Source: Monocercomonoides exilis PA203 (taxonomy: Eukaryota > Protista > Preaxostyla). From it: DNA of 64,000 bases. Positions 49,239 to 62,480 of the stretch are shown piece by piece (within the stretch, counting starts at the first letter, position 1; every line of letters begins with the position of its first letter). Both the position numbers and the translations under genes were made by a program. The stretch lies in contig LSRY02000037.1 in NCBI GenBank assembly GCA_001643675.2, positions 930,001 to 994,000 of the forward strand, in the 5' to 3' direction. The notes under the pieces were generated by a model, which was given only the letters and a program-made list of their open reading frames with translations, was not told where the DNA came from and did no database searches.

Positions 49239-50695
49239 ATGTATTAGTAAATTATTTTGGATTCAATTTGCAATTTTGCAGTCACAATCAACGAAACAAA
49301 CATTTCTAGGTATGTCTGCATTTCCGAGAAAATGATTTTCGAATGATTAATTGTTTTATTTACTGATTTTTTTAGAGAAACTTTCGCAGTTGGAACTATG
49401 TTTTGATACCGATGATCAGAAAGAGAAAATCATCGAAATGAATTTGCTAATCGAGAAAATGAATGGTGAAAATTTTGATTATGTTTTCACCAAAGAAATG
49501 TTCAATGAAATAGACAAAAAGATTGAATTAAAGAAACTGTCTTTGGGGAATGCTATTCTGTTATTGAAGCATATAGGATGTTACAATGTGCTGAAAAGTA
49601 TTTTTATTTATGGACAAAGAAAATCTTCATTGAAAAATAGATTCGAGAAGATGATTGTTGAAGAAGAAAAGAAAAAAGAAGAAAAAAATGAAAAGTTTCT
49701 GGCTAATCTTTGCGAATGCTATCTTTTGCTTAGCAACCAGTTCAATTCGGAGTTGATATTAATGTGTGTGCTCTGTCTTCTGAAAGCTGCGTCAAGCAGA
49801 AAGGAAGACGAGGAGACCAAAAAAGAAGTGGAAATGGCATTGCTGGCATTGAGTTGCGATAGCATTAATGTGTGAGTCTTTCAATTTTTAGTTAAATACG
49901 TGTTATTTTTTCCCTCTGATTTTTTATAAGAGATTGAATTTAGAACAGTATTTGAATGAAACCAAAGAGATTATCCTGTATCATCAAGAGCATCACAATC
50001 TGAGCAGATTGGCCTATCAGTGTGCTTGGCAGTTTTTATTTTTTCAATTTATCTTTGAAAGCAGCTTGGAAGAAGTTATTGTGAATGAGCTGCACTTTAC
50101 GAGAGAGGCAATAAAAGAACTGGAAGATCGAATGAAATGTGTTGATTGGAGAAGAAAAGAAGGAGAGAAAGGGGGAATAGAAAGGAAAGAAGAGCTAATT
50201 TTATTGAGATGGGTCCAAACACTCACTATTTTCTTTGCAAACTGTCATTTGTGGAATGAAGAATATGCTGAGCTTTTCAGCAGCATTGTTCAGGTGTTTA
50301 GAGCATCAAGAGAAAATTACAAAGGAATTAGTGATTGGAGCATTTATTCTTTGAGCAATGCAGCACATAATAAAGTTGTGAAAGATGAAGAGTTGAATAA
50401 AAGTGGTGCAATTGATGCTGTTCTGGAGGAGATTCAGCGACCAACGTTGAATGACAAGATGACAAATGAACACATGGAATTTTTTGTGAATGCTTCAAGG
50501 AAATTGAAATGGAAGAAGAAAGATGGAATGGACGAAGCGAAAAGAAAAGAGTTGAAAAGGAAAATGTTTGAAAAGTTGGAAGAAGAAGGATACGAAGATA
50601 TCATTGTCAGTTTTTATGAAACATTTTATTTTCTCAACGAAAAAAACTATTGTGAATTATCGTTGGATATTTCTAATTATTTTGTGAATATTTAA
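49239..50695 (+). CDS. Lineage-expanded hypothetical family, paralog 3 (introns 49310-49375 and 49870-49930); exon 1 appears disrupted
   Basis: Exons 2 and 3 are intact with all family motifs. The candidate ATGTAT start (homologous to paralog 2) is 1 nt out of frame and runs into TAG TAA. Confidence 0.7.
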
Positions 50696-52199
50696 CCAAA
50701 TTCTTTTCATTTCATTTTGTTGCTCAAAATTTCCATTTTTATCTTTTCAATTATTTTCAACATGAATCATTGTTGAACGAATTGTTGATCTCAATCTTCT
50801 TCAAGAAGATTCATTTTTCATTGCCATTCAACTGTTCAGTAATTTTCTCTTGCATTCTCTCTTATTCTCCAGATAACTTTTGTTCTCCTCCAACCTCTGT
50901 AAATTCAATCAGCACGATTTGAGAAGAAGACAATGATGAAGATGAAGGACGAAACGAGATTTCTTGAAAAGGATTTAGAAGCAATGGTGATGATAGCCTT
51001 AATTAAGAATTCAATGATCAGCTTTGTGAGCACCAAAGACAACAACAGCAAACATGGCTGAAAAAGAAACTAATCCAATGCTCCAACCCAGAATATGAAT
51101 AACAGAACAAGTCATTCAAGGTTAATTGCTCTTCACATTCTTCTCATTTTTGTCCAGTTTTTCATATCTCTTTTTCCTTTTTCTTTCATCATTCTGTTTT
51201 CTTCTGCTTTTTCCAATTGATGGAGAAAGAGAAGACATCTCACTCGCATTCTTTTCTCACAAAATCATCCAAAAGTACTTCTTCAATTGTAATTCATCTT
51301 CAGCTGCTTTGTAATCACATAAATAAATCTTTCTTTATTCATCATTCATTTTTCATCCTTATTCTGTTTCCTTGATTGATCTCCCTCAATCTCTGTTCAA
51401 AATTGTTCTTTTCCTCTTCATTTTTCTTTTATTCATGAAATAATCTTTAAAATCCATTCTTTCAAAGCTTCATCTTTAAATATCTCCGATAGATAAGAAA
51501 TTAATTCATGAAAATATAACACCTTTCATTTTGGCTTGCTGAGAACGAAATGGAAAGACGAATCGAATGAACTCACAGCTGAGATGCAAGCAATTGAAAC
51601 ATTCAACGGAAAAGTCTTTTCAATTATTCCGCAATTCTTCAATATTTTCGTTTTTTTTGATACGGAAAATACTGATGAAGAAGATTAAGGAGAAGGAGAA
51701 GAAGGAGAAGATGGTTGAGCGCCGACAAAACACGAGGCATGAGAGGAAGAGAAGTGCCAAGCGCTTTTTGAGAAGCAGTTGATTCACTGTTTATGTTCTT
51801 ATTCAGACATCGAAAAAATGAAATATAAAAATAAATTCCCTTCTCTGCCAAATTGGCTTCTCTATTGCATACAGAGAAGAGTGTCTCAAACAGGGCAATA
51901 AAACCTCCTCCTTCTCATTTTCCTTCAGTTGAGTGTCGATGTCTGACAGCAGCTGCAACTGAAGAGCATTCCAAAAAGAAGAGGAAGATATCCATTCAGA
52001 GTGCGAGGAGTTTGTTGCTAAAGATGGAAGAAGGAAGGAAGATGAATGCAGTGATGGATGGCGAGTACTTCTTCAGCTGTTGGATTTTGATGACTCTGTG
52101 CATTTTTGTGTGTTCAGTGCTTGTTTTGAAGATTGAGATGATGAAATAAAATGAAGGAAAACAAAGAAGAAGTCATTCCGAGATGTGTTCGAATTAAAA

Positions 52200-53650
52200 G
52201 TTCAGTCTGTTTGAAGAAGGGATTCAGCAGCTGTCTGGTATGATGTTGAAAAAATTGAAGAGAGGAATTTCATTAAAAAAAATACTGCAAATTGAGCAAA
52301 GACAAATTTGAATGGTTTTTCTTTCTCCCTTCTCTCCTTTTTTGCCTGTCTCGTTCTCTTCAGAAAGAAGACGTTTCTGGTCTTTTCCAAAAGATCAATA
52401 CATCGCTTGTGCACTCTTCCTTTTCTGCAGTTGCTCCTCCTCTTTTTCCTGTTCAGCTGCCTCCAAAAATATTTGTTAGCTAATGCCATCAGCTTTATCC
52501 TTCTCTTTATCTTTCTTTTTCTTTCTCCTATCCTCTCCTCTGCCTTCTTCTTATTCATATTCTTCCTCCGGTCCTATTTGAACATCATAAAATTCTTCTT
52601 CGCAAAGCAACTGTCTATGTTCCACAAAACAACGTATCCATCAGTCAACACTGTTGTAAGAAGATGTGAAGAATGACATGAGTTGATTGTGACATCTCCC
52701 TTCTTCCTGCTGTTGATGATTGGAGTGAATAATATGTGCTTTGTGACTCTGGGTCGTTGAGTGTTCCATTAACAACAATTGAGACTCCTGGGCAGATGGA
52801 AAAGAATAAGGAGTCACAGGTGGTGAATAGCTCGCTGCATTCTGCCCATTCCGAAAGGAAAAGGAGCTCTTCTGCTCTTTCTCTTTTGACTTGCTCATCA
52901 AGCGCTGAATGAACTGCCTCCGTGCTCTCTCTGCCTCCTCATCCAAGTTCATCCACACCTACGTCGAACCAAAAATGATATCTGAAATATTCCAAACTCT
53001 TCCACCTTGTAGATTAATGGGATGATTGGCAACTCAGCATGCGACTTAAGTGGCAGCTGAGGTTCTTTTGGGCAGAACACTTTGCGCTGCCGGTGACGAT
53101 GAATGCAATCCGGATTCTCGACAAGATGATCAAGTTCGCCATATTCTTCACATCTGATGCTTTGTGTGTGGAAGGGAAGTGTGTTTCCATAGGCAGCCCC
53201 TGTATTGTTGTTGGCTTAAAGACTGTTCCAGAGAATGTTCAGCCGATCAGCCTTTCTTCATTCTGATCCAAACAAGCACAGAGCGGAGAGCAAAAGTGAG
53301 TGAGAGAGAGCTAAAGGGAATGTCATCTGCTCTTCTGTCTCATGTGTCTTTCATTTGCCACGCAGCTGGTATCGATCGAGCTGGGATGGTGAAAGAAGGG
53401 TTCGCAGATACTGGAGAGATGAAGGGCGTTCGGCAGTCCAGTGCGTGACTGTTTGAGAGGTCAATGACACATCATATGAACAGACAATATCTATCCATCA
53501 CGATGGTGAAGTCTTTTCCTCTTCTTTCTTCGTCCTCTTCCTTCTCGCTCCACACAAACAGTGTCAATGGAAGATCCATCGCCTCTCACTTCACGCTCCT
53601 CCAGTTCATCCACTGCTTCTCTCTCGTTTTTTCTCCCTCTCTATCATCCT
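52200..53650 (-). pseudogene. Decayed coding-like fragments of unknown identity
   Basis: GC-richer, codon-like sequence with charged helical pieces (DEEAERARRQFIQRLM) and many stops. No family recognised. Confidence 0.3.
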
Positions 53651-53812
53651 AATCCAAGCTTTCTCTTCCATTTCGCTCTCTTCTTCAAAAAAAAAAATAA
53701 ATAATGTGATTTTTCGTCTTTTTTGATCCTTTTTTCTGTTTTTGGAATCTATCAAATTAGACAAGAGAGAACGTTGTCAAGAGCTGAGCATTTAATGTTG
53801 GAGAACGGTGGA

Positions 53813-53890
53813 TGAAGAAGAAGAAGAAGAAGAAGAAGAAGAAGAAGAAGAAGAAGAAGAAGATGATGATATTGATGATGATGATGATGA
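53813..53890. repeat. (GAA)n/(GAT)n microsatellite
   Basis: Visible trinucleotide runs. Confidence 0.85.
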
Positions 53891-54863
53891 AACATCTGAT
53901 AAATGTGGAAGTGGAAGGAAAGAAACAACTTGAGATGAAGAAGCATATGAAGTGACAGAAGCAAAAGGTGCAATATGAGAGAAAAAAAGAATAAGACAAT
54001 AATTATTATAACTACGATGACGTCATTGTGACAATGCTTCATCAGATACTGCCTGATGGAAAACAAAATTGATGCGAATAGCTGTAAAACGAAGGGTGTG
54101 GAGAGAGGGGAAAGAAGAAAGATAGTGAATAACAAAATGGACTGTTCTTCTTATTTTTCTCTTCATTTGACAATATCTATTTCTCATTCTTTTTCTTCGT
54201 CTTTGGATTCTTCAATTTCTCTTTCTGATTTCCTCAAAATGAAATTTCCCCATGTTTCTCATTGTTTTCGCAGCTTCTTTTGTTTTCTTCTCAAATGAGC
54301 AATTTTTCCTTTTGTGACAATCATTGCAATGCACAAACTATCAAAAACAATAATGAATATTTATCAACAGCAATGACAGCTCCACCAAACCTCTTTTCGT
54401 TCTCATCGGTCTTTTCAATTCAAATTATGATCTTTGTGGCAACTATCGCACTTCTTCTTCAACAATTTCCTATAATATCGAACTGGTTCGTAAAATACAA
54501 AATGTTATATATAATGGAATGTGCAAATTCGTTAAATTCATTATCATTCAAATGGTTTTATCATCTTTTTTTCAAGCAAAACGATAGATTCAATTTTTTG
54601 AAGTGAAAAAGGATTGCTCAATTTTATTAATAACAAAGTTTCAGAATAAACAATCAATTGAATCTATCTGAAAGAATAACAGTAATTTTGCTGACAAAAT
54701 AAATATCAAAAATTTGTTTCATAGAAGCAAACAGTTCTTATTTCATTCAAAGCTTTTGATGTTTTATTTTTTATAATATTCACAATATCTTATAATGGTT
54801 GTCAATTTTCGTTTTATACAAATATTGATCAAAATAAAAATTTAAAAAAGTGTTATTTGAAGA

Positions 54864-57443
54864 ATGTTCTGGGGATTAATACTTTTCCAAATTGTATTAT
54901 CGGTTTACTCACAGGACGATCCATCACAACCAGTTACAACAGTGTTCGTCAAGCAAAGCGGGAACAATTCCAACAGCGGATTGGATATTGGTCAGGAAAG
55001 ACAAAGCTTGTTTTTAGCATACATACTCCTGAGTGATGAAACAGAATGCTGCATGAAAATTGTTGAAGATGCAAAACCATTTCCTGCGGAAGTCTTTACA
55101 GTTAACAAAAAGACAAGAATTACACTTGAAGGATGGAAAAGTGATGGAAGTGGGAACACTGAAGTGGCAATGGACTGTGAAGTGCATCAAAGTTCAGATC
55201 TATTTAATTGCAATTGTCCTGTGGAATTCAAATACTTGGCATTCCACATTCCAATAACATTGGATAATGAAGCGAGCCCATCAGGATTTTCATTAGCTTT
55301 GATAAACGCACAACGTACAAGCTTGACAATAAGCAACTGCAAATTTATTCGGCCAGCAGATGGAAGCGTGGTTGATTGTAGACTTGTTTACCAATATCAA
55401 GGATCATTGACGATGGACTCAGTTGAATGTGCAGACAAAGAAAATACATTTACAACGAAGAGAGAACTGCTTGTTACATATGAATGTGAAACAGTGATAT
55501 TATCTAATTTCACTCTGAAGAAAATTGATTTAATTGCTGATTCAAATGGTGTGAAGCATGCAGAAGCAGTTGTCGACATGAACGTTGATATGGAAGGCAT
55601 CAAAGGTGATCTTAAATTGAATGGGAGTACATTTTCGGAGATAAACGGCTTTCGCATGGCTTTGGCTTTCAAAACTGGTAATGAAGAAAGCACATTTGCT
55701 GTTGGAGATGGAGGTGTCACAACTTTTTCATCATTTCATACTGATTTTGATTATAGCTCTGCATTATATCTGCGAATGAAAGCTATTACATCAGCAAGTC
55801 AGATTAAATGGCCCGAAAATGGAAAGAATCTGATATTTGACAAATGCACAGTCGGAGAAGGTCAATCAAAAAGAAATACTGGACTGTTATTGTACATGGC
55901 GAGTGGCTCATTATTCGAAGACATAGCAGCAGAAATGAAGAAGAGTTTCGCAGCAGATTATACTCGGAATGATAACTTGTGGAATGTTGCAGCATATATT
56001 GATAAACCAGAAAAATTTTACGATTTTGTGCTGCTTTATTTGGATCAATCTGGAAAATTATTTGTCAAGAACGAAGGGAAAGGAGATGGATTGACAAGTT
56101 CTTCACCATTGAGTTTATTGAAAGAAGCATTTGATAAACTAGATGAAGTTCTTTGTTCTGAAGGATACTTCATTGAGATTGTAAAAGACGAAAGCCAGTT
56201 TACAGCAGAAGAAATGACAATTAGCAACGAAAAGGGAATAACCATTGAAGGAGTGAACAGCAATGGAAATGGAAATGCAGAAGTGTCTATTGATTGTGCT
56301 GTCAGCGCATCATCTGCTTTATTTACATGCGAACAAAAGGTGGAATTCAAGTATTTGGCATTCAACTTTCCCACTTCTGAAAAAAAATGGAATTCTTTGA
56401 TTTATGGAAATGAAAAGTCAGCATCACTCACGATCAGCAATTGCAAATTTGTCAGAATTGGAGCCCAATCGCCAGAGAAAATGACGATAAATGCAGATGG
56501 GGATGAATCCATGGAAGGTTGTCTTGTGAGTGTTGTTGGAGGGAAAGCTGAAATGCACACAGTTTCATGCACAGATGAAAGAAATACAGTTTCGTTTTCT
56601 TCATCGCTATTTTCTTTCAGCAGTGTAAGTTCAGCTTCGTTGAATGGAGTGGAGATCAGCAACGTGAATGTACAAAATGGAGCAGCGATTGCGATTAAGA
56701 ATGGAGGAAGCACGCCTTCAGCAGTTAGCATTGAAGGGCTGAGCATGAATGGAGTGAATTCAGAGAATGGAAAAGTGGCTGGGTTGGAGATTTCTTTGAG
56801 TTCGGAAGAGTCGACAGTGGAAATTGGAAGGACAAGCAAATGCACATTCAAGTCATGCACAGCGCCAAATGGGAAAGCAGGGGCAATATCCATTGGCATG
56901 CCAAAGGCAACATCAAATCTTCAACTTCCGTCTGCAAACAATCTTGAGATTGATGGTTCAAACACAGCTGGCTCAAAATCTTCTTCTCTATTTATCATTG
57001 CCCCAGATTTTGATGAGTTCTGCAAAAAGGACGGTACATTTGAGTTTGCGAAAGATTTTGATGAATCAGCAGCTGGGTGGATAATGGGTGCAGAAAATGA
57101 AGTATCAGAACCTGCCGATGTGTATGAGAAGTATTTGAAGGAGAAGGAAGATCCAACTCCAGGACCAACCCCAGGCCCAACCCCAGAAGATCCAACCCCA
57201 GAAGATCCAACCCCAGAAGATCCAATCCCAGAAGGTCCAACCCCAGAAGGCAAGAAGAAACCAAATGCAGGAACTGTTGTTGCGATTGTGGTTCCGATAG
57301 TTGTGGTTGTTGTTGTTGCAGTGGTTGTGGTTGTGGTTGTTTTGATGATTGTCAAGAAAAGGAAAGCCAAAAGCAACAAAGATGGAGAGAAAGAGGGGAG
57401 CAAAGATGAAAACAAAGAAATAGAAATGAGCACCCAGGAGTAG
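54864..57443 (+). CDS. Type I membrane surface protein with two ~370-aa homologous ectodomains and a PTPED stalk
   Basis: 859-aa intronless ORF: signal peptide MFWGLILFQIVLSVYS; duplicated FVK…GN.EV..DC.V…VEFKYLAF…SLTISNCKF.R; 15-bp PTPGP/PTPED tandem repeats (~57150-57250); Val-rich TM; KKRK stop-transfer; short tail. Confidence 0.92.
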   Translation: MFWGLILFQIVLSVYSQDDPSQPVTTVFVKQSGNNSNSGLDIGQERQSLFLAYILLSDETECCMKIVEDAKPFPAEVFTVNKKTRITLEGWKSDGSGNTEVAMDCEVHQSSDLFNCNCPVEFKYLAFHIPITLDNEASPSGFSLALINAQRTSLTISNCKFIRPADGSVVDCRLVYQYQGSLTMDSVECADKENTFTTKRELLVTYECETVILSNFTLKKIDLIADSNGVKHAEAVVDMNVDMEGIKGDLKLNGSTFSEINGFRMALAFKTGNEESTFAVGDGGVTTFSSFHTDFDYSSALYLRMKAITSASQIKWPENGKNLIFDKCTVGEGQSKRNTGLLLYMASGSLFEDIAAEMKKSFAADYTRNDNLWNVAAYIDKPEKFYDFVLLYLDQSGKLFVKNEGKGDGLTSSSPLSLLKEAFDKLDEVLCSEGYFIEIVKDESQFTAEEMTISNEKGITIEGVNSNGNGNAEVSIDCAVSASSALFTCEQKVEFKYLAFNFPTSEKKWNSLIYGNEKSASLTISNCKFVRIGAQSPEKMTINADGDESMEGCLVSVVGGKAEMHTVSCTDERNTVSFSSSLFSFSSVSSASLNGVEISNVNVQNGAAIAIKNGGSTPSAVSIEGLSMNGVNSENGKVAGLEISLSSEESTVEIGRTSKCTFKSCTAPNGKAGAISIGMPKATSNLQLPSANNLEIDGSNTAGSKSSSLFIIAPDFDEFCKKDGTFEFAKDFDESAAGWIMGAENEVSEPADVYEKYLKEKEDPTPGPTPGPTPEDPTPEDPTPEDPIPEGPTPEGKKKPNAGTVVAIVVPIVVVVVVAVVVVVVVLMIVKKRKAKSNKDGEKEGSKDENKEIEMSTQE

Positions 57444-57474
57444 AATTGAGATTAGCAATTCTATTAGAGATAAT

Positions 57475-57509
<35 letters not shown>

Positions 57510-58399
57510 TTTTTCAATTTAATAAAAGATTTAATTGTGTAAATCATAGTATTTTTTTTATCTTTTGTTTTTATCTTTTGTATTTCAATTATCACGCTTG
57601 TTATGTATTTGTTATTAATTTTTTAATTGGAATTCCATTCCACAGTTTATTTTGTTTCACACACAAATGTGAAGTCAGCATCTAAATTTTTGTATCCAAT
57701 TCACTTTGTTTTTTATTCATTTTTTTAAACAACAGAAGAAAGAAGAATATGATTTTAAAATTTGAATGAACTTGTTTTGTTTCCGTGCAATTGGAGAATT
57801 GTCTGACCCCTTTTATCAAAACTTGACTTTTCATTTCAGGATTTCAGACAATTTATTATTTGTTGTTTAATTTGCTGTTTTTGTTCATTTTCTGAGAAAA
57901 TGAGAGAATTGAGGGAGCTCAAAATGAAGCATTTGACATGCACTTTCAAATCTTATCTGTTGAAGAAGCATGAAATGAATGTGCTATTCATCATGAGTTC
58001 TGGAAAAACGATGATTCAATCAGACGAAGAAATTGCATCCGAAAACAAAACAGAAACTTCTTTTGATGAGATTGAAAGAGGAAATGAAACTGTGAGCTTT
58101 CTTTTTGGGAATGAAATTGGAGTATTTGAGGAGAAGGAGAAATATTTGTCTTCACTTGATTTCCCTTCTTCAGGTCTTTCTTCTTCTTCATTTTCCTTCC
58201 ACAAACATTTCAGTATTCCACCTCTAATATTTCACCTTTCGGAAGATCATTTTGACTGTCAGTCTTAATGAAAAATTCAAACGTTTTTTTTTCTCCAAGC
58301 GAACATCAAAAATTTCTTCTTCTCTTTAATTTTAACCAGTCTTTGCACCTGAAAAGAAAAATAATCTTGGAAGAAGTTGACTGAACACTCCAATCAAAA

Positions 58400-58658
58400 T
58401 GGGTGATGATTTTTTGAAATCATTTTTTAACAATCAAAAAGTTCGATTTTTGAAACCATTTTGAATGTTGAAAAATGAACTCAGAAAAGTTTAAAACTCG
58501 CAACAAAAATATTTTTTCATGAATAAAATCTCAAACAACCTGATTTTTTACATTTATTGTTTTTTTTTCTTTTGAATACATAATTAGTCTCCAAATAAAT
58601 AGAATATTTGCAGAATCAACACTCCGAAAAAAGTTATGATTTCAAAAATAATCACCTT
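58400..58658 (+). mobile_element. MITE family B copy
   Basis: TGGGTGATGATTTTTTGAAATC…CGAAAAAAGTTATGATTTCAAAAATAATCACCTT; same length and orientation as 46054-46309. Confidence 0.65.
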
Positions 58659-59659
58659 AATCGACAAGCTTTAAAGCAAAGTCGAAAGTTTGAAAAACTT
58701 CAAATTTTCAAAAAGTTGACAAAATTATTTTTAAAGAAAAACACTTTCGTTATTTTCATATTTATATTATTGGTTATGTTTATAATTTATCATCTTTTTA
58801 AAGATGTATTTTTAAGAATCATTTGGAACAATTGGAAAATTTGTATTTGAAATAAATTCTGTAATTTTTTTTTGAAACTATTTTATTTCATGTCAATAAA
58901 AAGGACACTATTTCACGAATAAATCAATGGAGAGGAGTTTCACTTGTTTTCAAATCCAATGAAGAATTATAAATATTGAATTTTCTTTTTCATTTCTCAT
59001 TTATTTCCTTATGAAACATATTTTCAAATGAAATAATACAATTTTTTATATTCGAGTTTGTTTCTGAGTTTTTTTTTTTCGAAACGAAATTTTCAAAATT
59101 TGTATTCAACAACAACGCAAACTTCTCCAAAAATGTTTTCAAAAATATTAGAAAGATTTTTTTCCTCACTTGGATTCTCTTTCTTGAACATTTTATTATT
59201 TGATATAAAATTACTGCGTTGTATGATGCTTTTTCCATTTGAATAATTTTTGGTGAACACACGAATGTTTTCCTTAATTAATAATTGTTTTTGTTATCTT
59301 TGCTTTGAAATGGAAATTCAACTTTTATTTAATCTCAAAAGAACTTTGGAACAAATCTCAGTTTTTTTTATAATTACCATAATTTCGAACCATATTGTCG
59401 TTGTGTTCAAAACAAGCACTTTTGCAATAACCTACAAATATGACATATTCTTTCGAAATACTCATCTTCATTCATATACTTGTCTAAATTTTTTTGAAAA
59501 GTTCCTTTTGTTCAATTCTCAAATAATATAAATATTTCATATTTCGATCAAATTTCTGTTCCCACTTACGATACTTTACACAAATGGATACAATAACATT
59601 GTCAAATAATATCTTCCACTTTGGTGAAGTTTTACGAGCGGGGACCGAAATTTGATCAA

Positions 59660-59910
59660 GATATGAAATTATTGATTTATTCGAAAATTAAACATTTGCG
59701 ACTTTTCATAAAGAATTTCCCATATTTATTCACAAATAATAAAAATCTGTGTTAAATTTTTCATAACTTTTAAGAATAATGAAAAAACAAAACATTTTAA
59801 TCACTTTCTGACACTCAGCCAAAAACAAAATTTTCACAATAATTTTTTTTTTTGAAAAATACTGAATTTTATAGATTTTGAATAAGAAATTTATTAATTT
59901 CGAATACAAA
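59660..59910 (+). repeat. Dispersed copy of the palindrome-arm / element-3 5' sequence
   Basis: TTTTAAGAATAATGAAAAAACAAAACATTTTAATCACTTTCTGACACTCA and AAAAATACTGAATTTT match 22375-22510. Confidence 0.75.
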
Positions 59911-60062
59911 TAATAGATACAATGCAGATTAAATGGGATCATTTGAATTAATAGAGGTTTTTTTAATAACCCTATGTTAATTAGAATAAAGACCACTAGG
60001 CCTTTGCGACAAGGAAAAATAAAGCGAGGCATGTCGGTCGAAAGACAAAATCAATGTCGAGA

Positions 60063-60064
<2 letters not shown>

Positions 60065-60114
<50 letters not shown>
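60065..60114 (-). repeat. T50 tract (poly(A) on the cargo strand) just inside the left hAT end
   Basis: 50 consecutive T. Confidence 0.9.
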
Positions 60115-60661
60115 CGGAAAAAAAATAAATATAATTCATAAAGAGTTTAAAATTTCTGATATTTTCTGCTTGTTTCTGAATTTTTTTCTAACTTGAAAAT
60201 TAGATAAGAATTTTTTTTCACATGAAGGAATAATTGTATTTAACTAGTTTAGAAAATTCTTTTTTTAAAACTTCAATTATGAAAGATGAAAGCCAAAACA
60301 AGAATTATTGAAAACAAAACAAATATTTTTAACATTGGAAGATGAAATGAAAACACGAAAATGTTTCAATCAAACGAAAAACAAATAAAAAAATTGAAAC
60401 ATAAATTTATTTTATTAATCCAAGAAAATATTCAGTTCAAGTTCAGACAATCGAAATAATATGAAATTGCAAATTTTGAAGCTATACTGTTTGAATTTGT
60501 TTCCATCTGCCTGTTCCATTATTTGTTAATATTTTTGTGATCTTAATATATCACTGTCAATGGACTGCATCCAGTTTCTTTTAATATAATTGAAAAAGTT
60601 CATTATAAATACAAATGAAAGTTGATGAGCAAAAGCAAAAATTGATTAAAAAAACATTTCT

Positions 60662-62480
60662 TTAACATAAGGAACAACAAGAAGATGGGGTGAGTGAGGA
60701 AGGCTCATTGTTTTGTGTTGAAATAGCAGAATTTGATAAAAGCGAAGCCTGAGAAGATGGTGAAATGAACACAGGACATTGAGGAGAAGGATACGAAGTT
60801 GTGTTTGATGTTGAGTAATGAGGTGCAGATGCTGGATATGTGGAAATTGATCTCATTGGCTGGTTATTTTGTGATTTTGCTGTTAGTCGTTTGCAGTCAG
60901 TAATGGAATCTTGAATTGGAACATCGTGTGTTGTGGAAGGAGCTGTAAGCTGATGAAGAGTTGACTGAAAATCAAAAAGAGACTGAAGCAAAGCTGGAGT
61001 TTCAGAAAATTCGCTATTTGAAGAAGCCTTTTCGAACTTACTGAGCTTTCTTAATTTTTCTCCTCATTTCATACCAGTTCTTTTTCTCTTTCTCTCCCCC
61101 TTTCTCTCTTTTTCTTCCTTCTCGCTTCTTCTCCTTTTGCATATCGTCCTCTGTTCTCTACTGCACATCTCCCAACACACGAAAGTTCTGCATGCACACA
61201 AACTTGTATCCCACATCTATCCTTTTTATCTTTATCATCAACGCAGCTGTTATCGCCAGAACTTCCAGTCGCTTCTCATTCAGCAGCTTCCGCCTCTTTC
61301 TTCAGCTTGTCGCGAATCTCTGCAAACTTCTTCTCGTCGTGCAGCCTTTACGCTTCTTCTTCTTTCTGTTCATATTGGATTCGGCTCTGTTCAGCCTCCT
61401 CCTCCTTCCGCTGCTGCTTTTCTTGATCTGCCATTTTCTTTCGCTCATCTCTCAGAATCTTCCCGATCGTAATGCTTTTTTCCCATTCTTTTCAAGCTCC
61501 AAGCATCTCTGTTGCCATTGCTCTTCAATCTCCTGATGCTTCTGATTTACTGCAATTGTTGCTTCCCTCTGCTTTTTCTTCTGTTTCTCTTGTCGCATCT
61601 GGATCTCCCTTCCTCCCTCTCCCATCCGAACTCCTTCGTTCGCTCGCCCTGCTGCACTCTTCCACGGTCTGTCGTTTTTTGTGTCTTATTCGTCTTTCGA
61701 GTCATCTGCTCCTTCTTCTTTTGCTTCTGTTTTGCCTTTTTTTCTTCTTTGTTTCGTATTCTTCAATCAATCTTGTAAACAATGTGTCATCTCTTGCATT
61801 TCCCTCCGGAAATTTATTCCTCATTCTCTCCAAATTCCTCTTGTTCCTTCTAAAGTGCTAGTTCATCGTGATTCCCCAGACCTCTGCAAATAACTCCTTC
61901 ACTCTGTCTCTCATGTCCTCGCCCAGCGTCTCTTAATCCATCGCTCGCAGATACCGCACCCTCTCCATCATTTATTGCAACCCGTCGCACCTCTGCTTCT
62001 GGCTGATGTGCTGCCAGATCCAGCTCTCTTGCATCCTTCTCACTCTTTCTAGCATATTCTGGATAGCCCACTTCCACAATTTGCAAAGCTGCTTCAGCGC
62101 CACTTTCTGCCCGATGACAATTGTGCCCAGCATCCAAAGTCATGTCGAATCGATGTTTGCATGTCAGATGAAGGTGAAATCGAAGACATTTGCAAAAAGA
62201 TAAGAACATCGTGTTACGTGAAAGACGTTACGACATTTGAAATAGTTGTGAATGTGATGCAGATGATATTGATGGAGAAAGCGTTTGCGCAGAAGAATTA
62301 GCAGAAGGACATGATGGTTAGTTCATAACTGGAGAAGTGTTGTTTGAAGATGAAGCTTTTGAATCATGTTGAAAATTTTTTTTGCTGAAACTGTTTCTGT
62401 TGTTGTTGAAGAAATTGCATGTTTTGGAGGTTGTTTTGAATCTGAAAAAGCACTTTCTGTCACTGCAGCTGCGATTTGGA
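60662..62480 (-). pseudogene. Decayed coiled-coil / Ser-rich gene cargo within the hAT-like element
   Basis: Long quasi-open frames (…LGEDMRDRVKELFAEVWGI…; KILRDERKKMADQEKQQRKEEAEQ…) interrupted by stops and at least two frameshifts. Confidence 0.55.

Noticed and set aside
57900-58268. 122-aa plus-strand ORF
   Set aside because: No motif or clear similarity; at most a decayed fragment.
59547-59658. 17-bp inverted repeat GATCAAATTTC(T/G)G
   Set aside because: Single short pair with no TSD or second copy seen.
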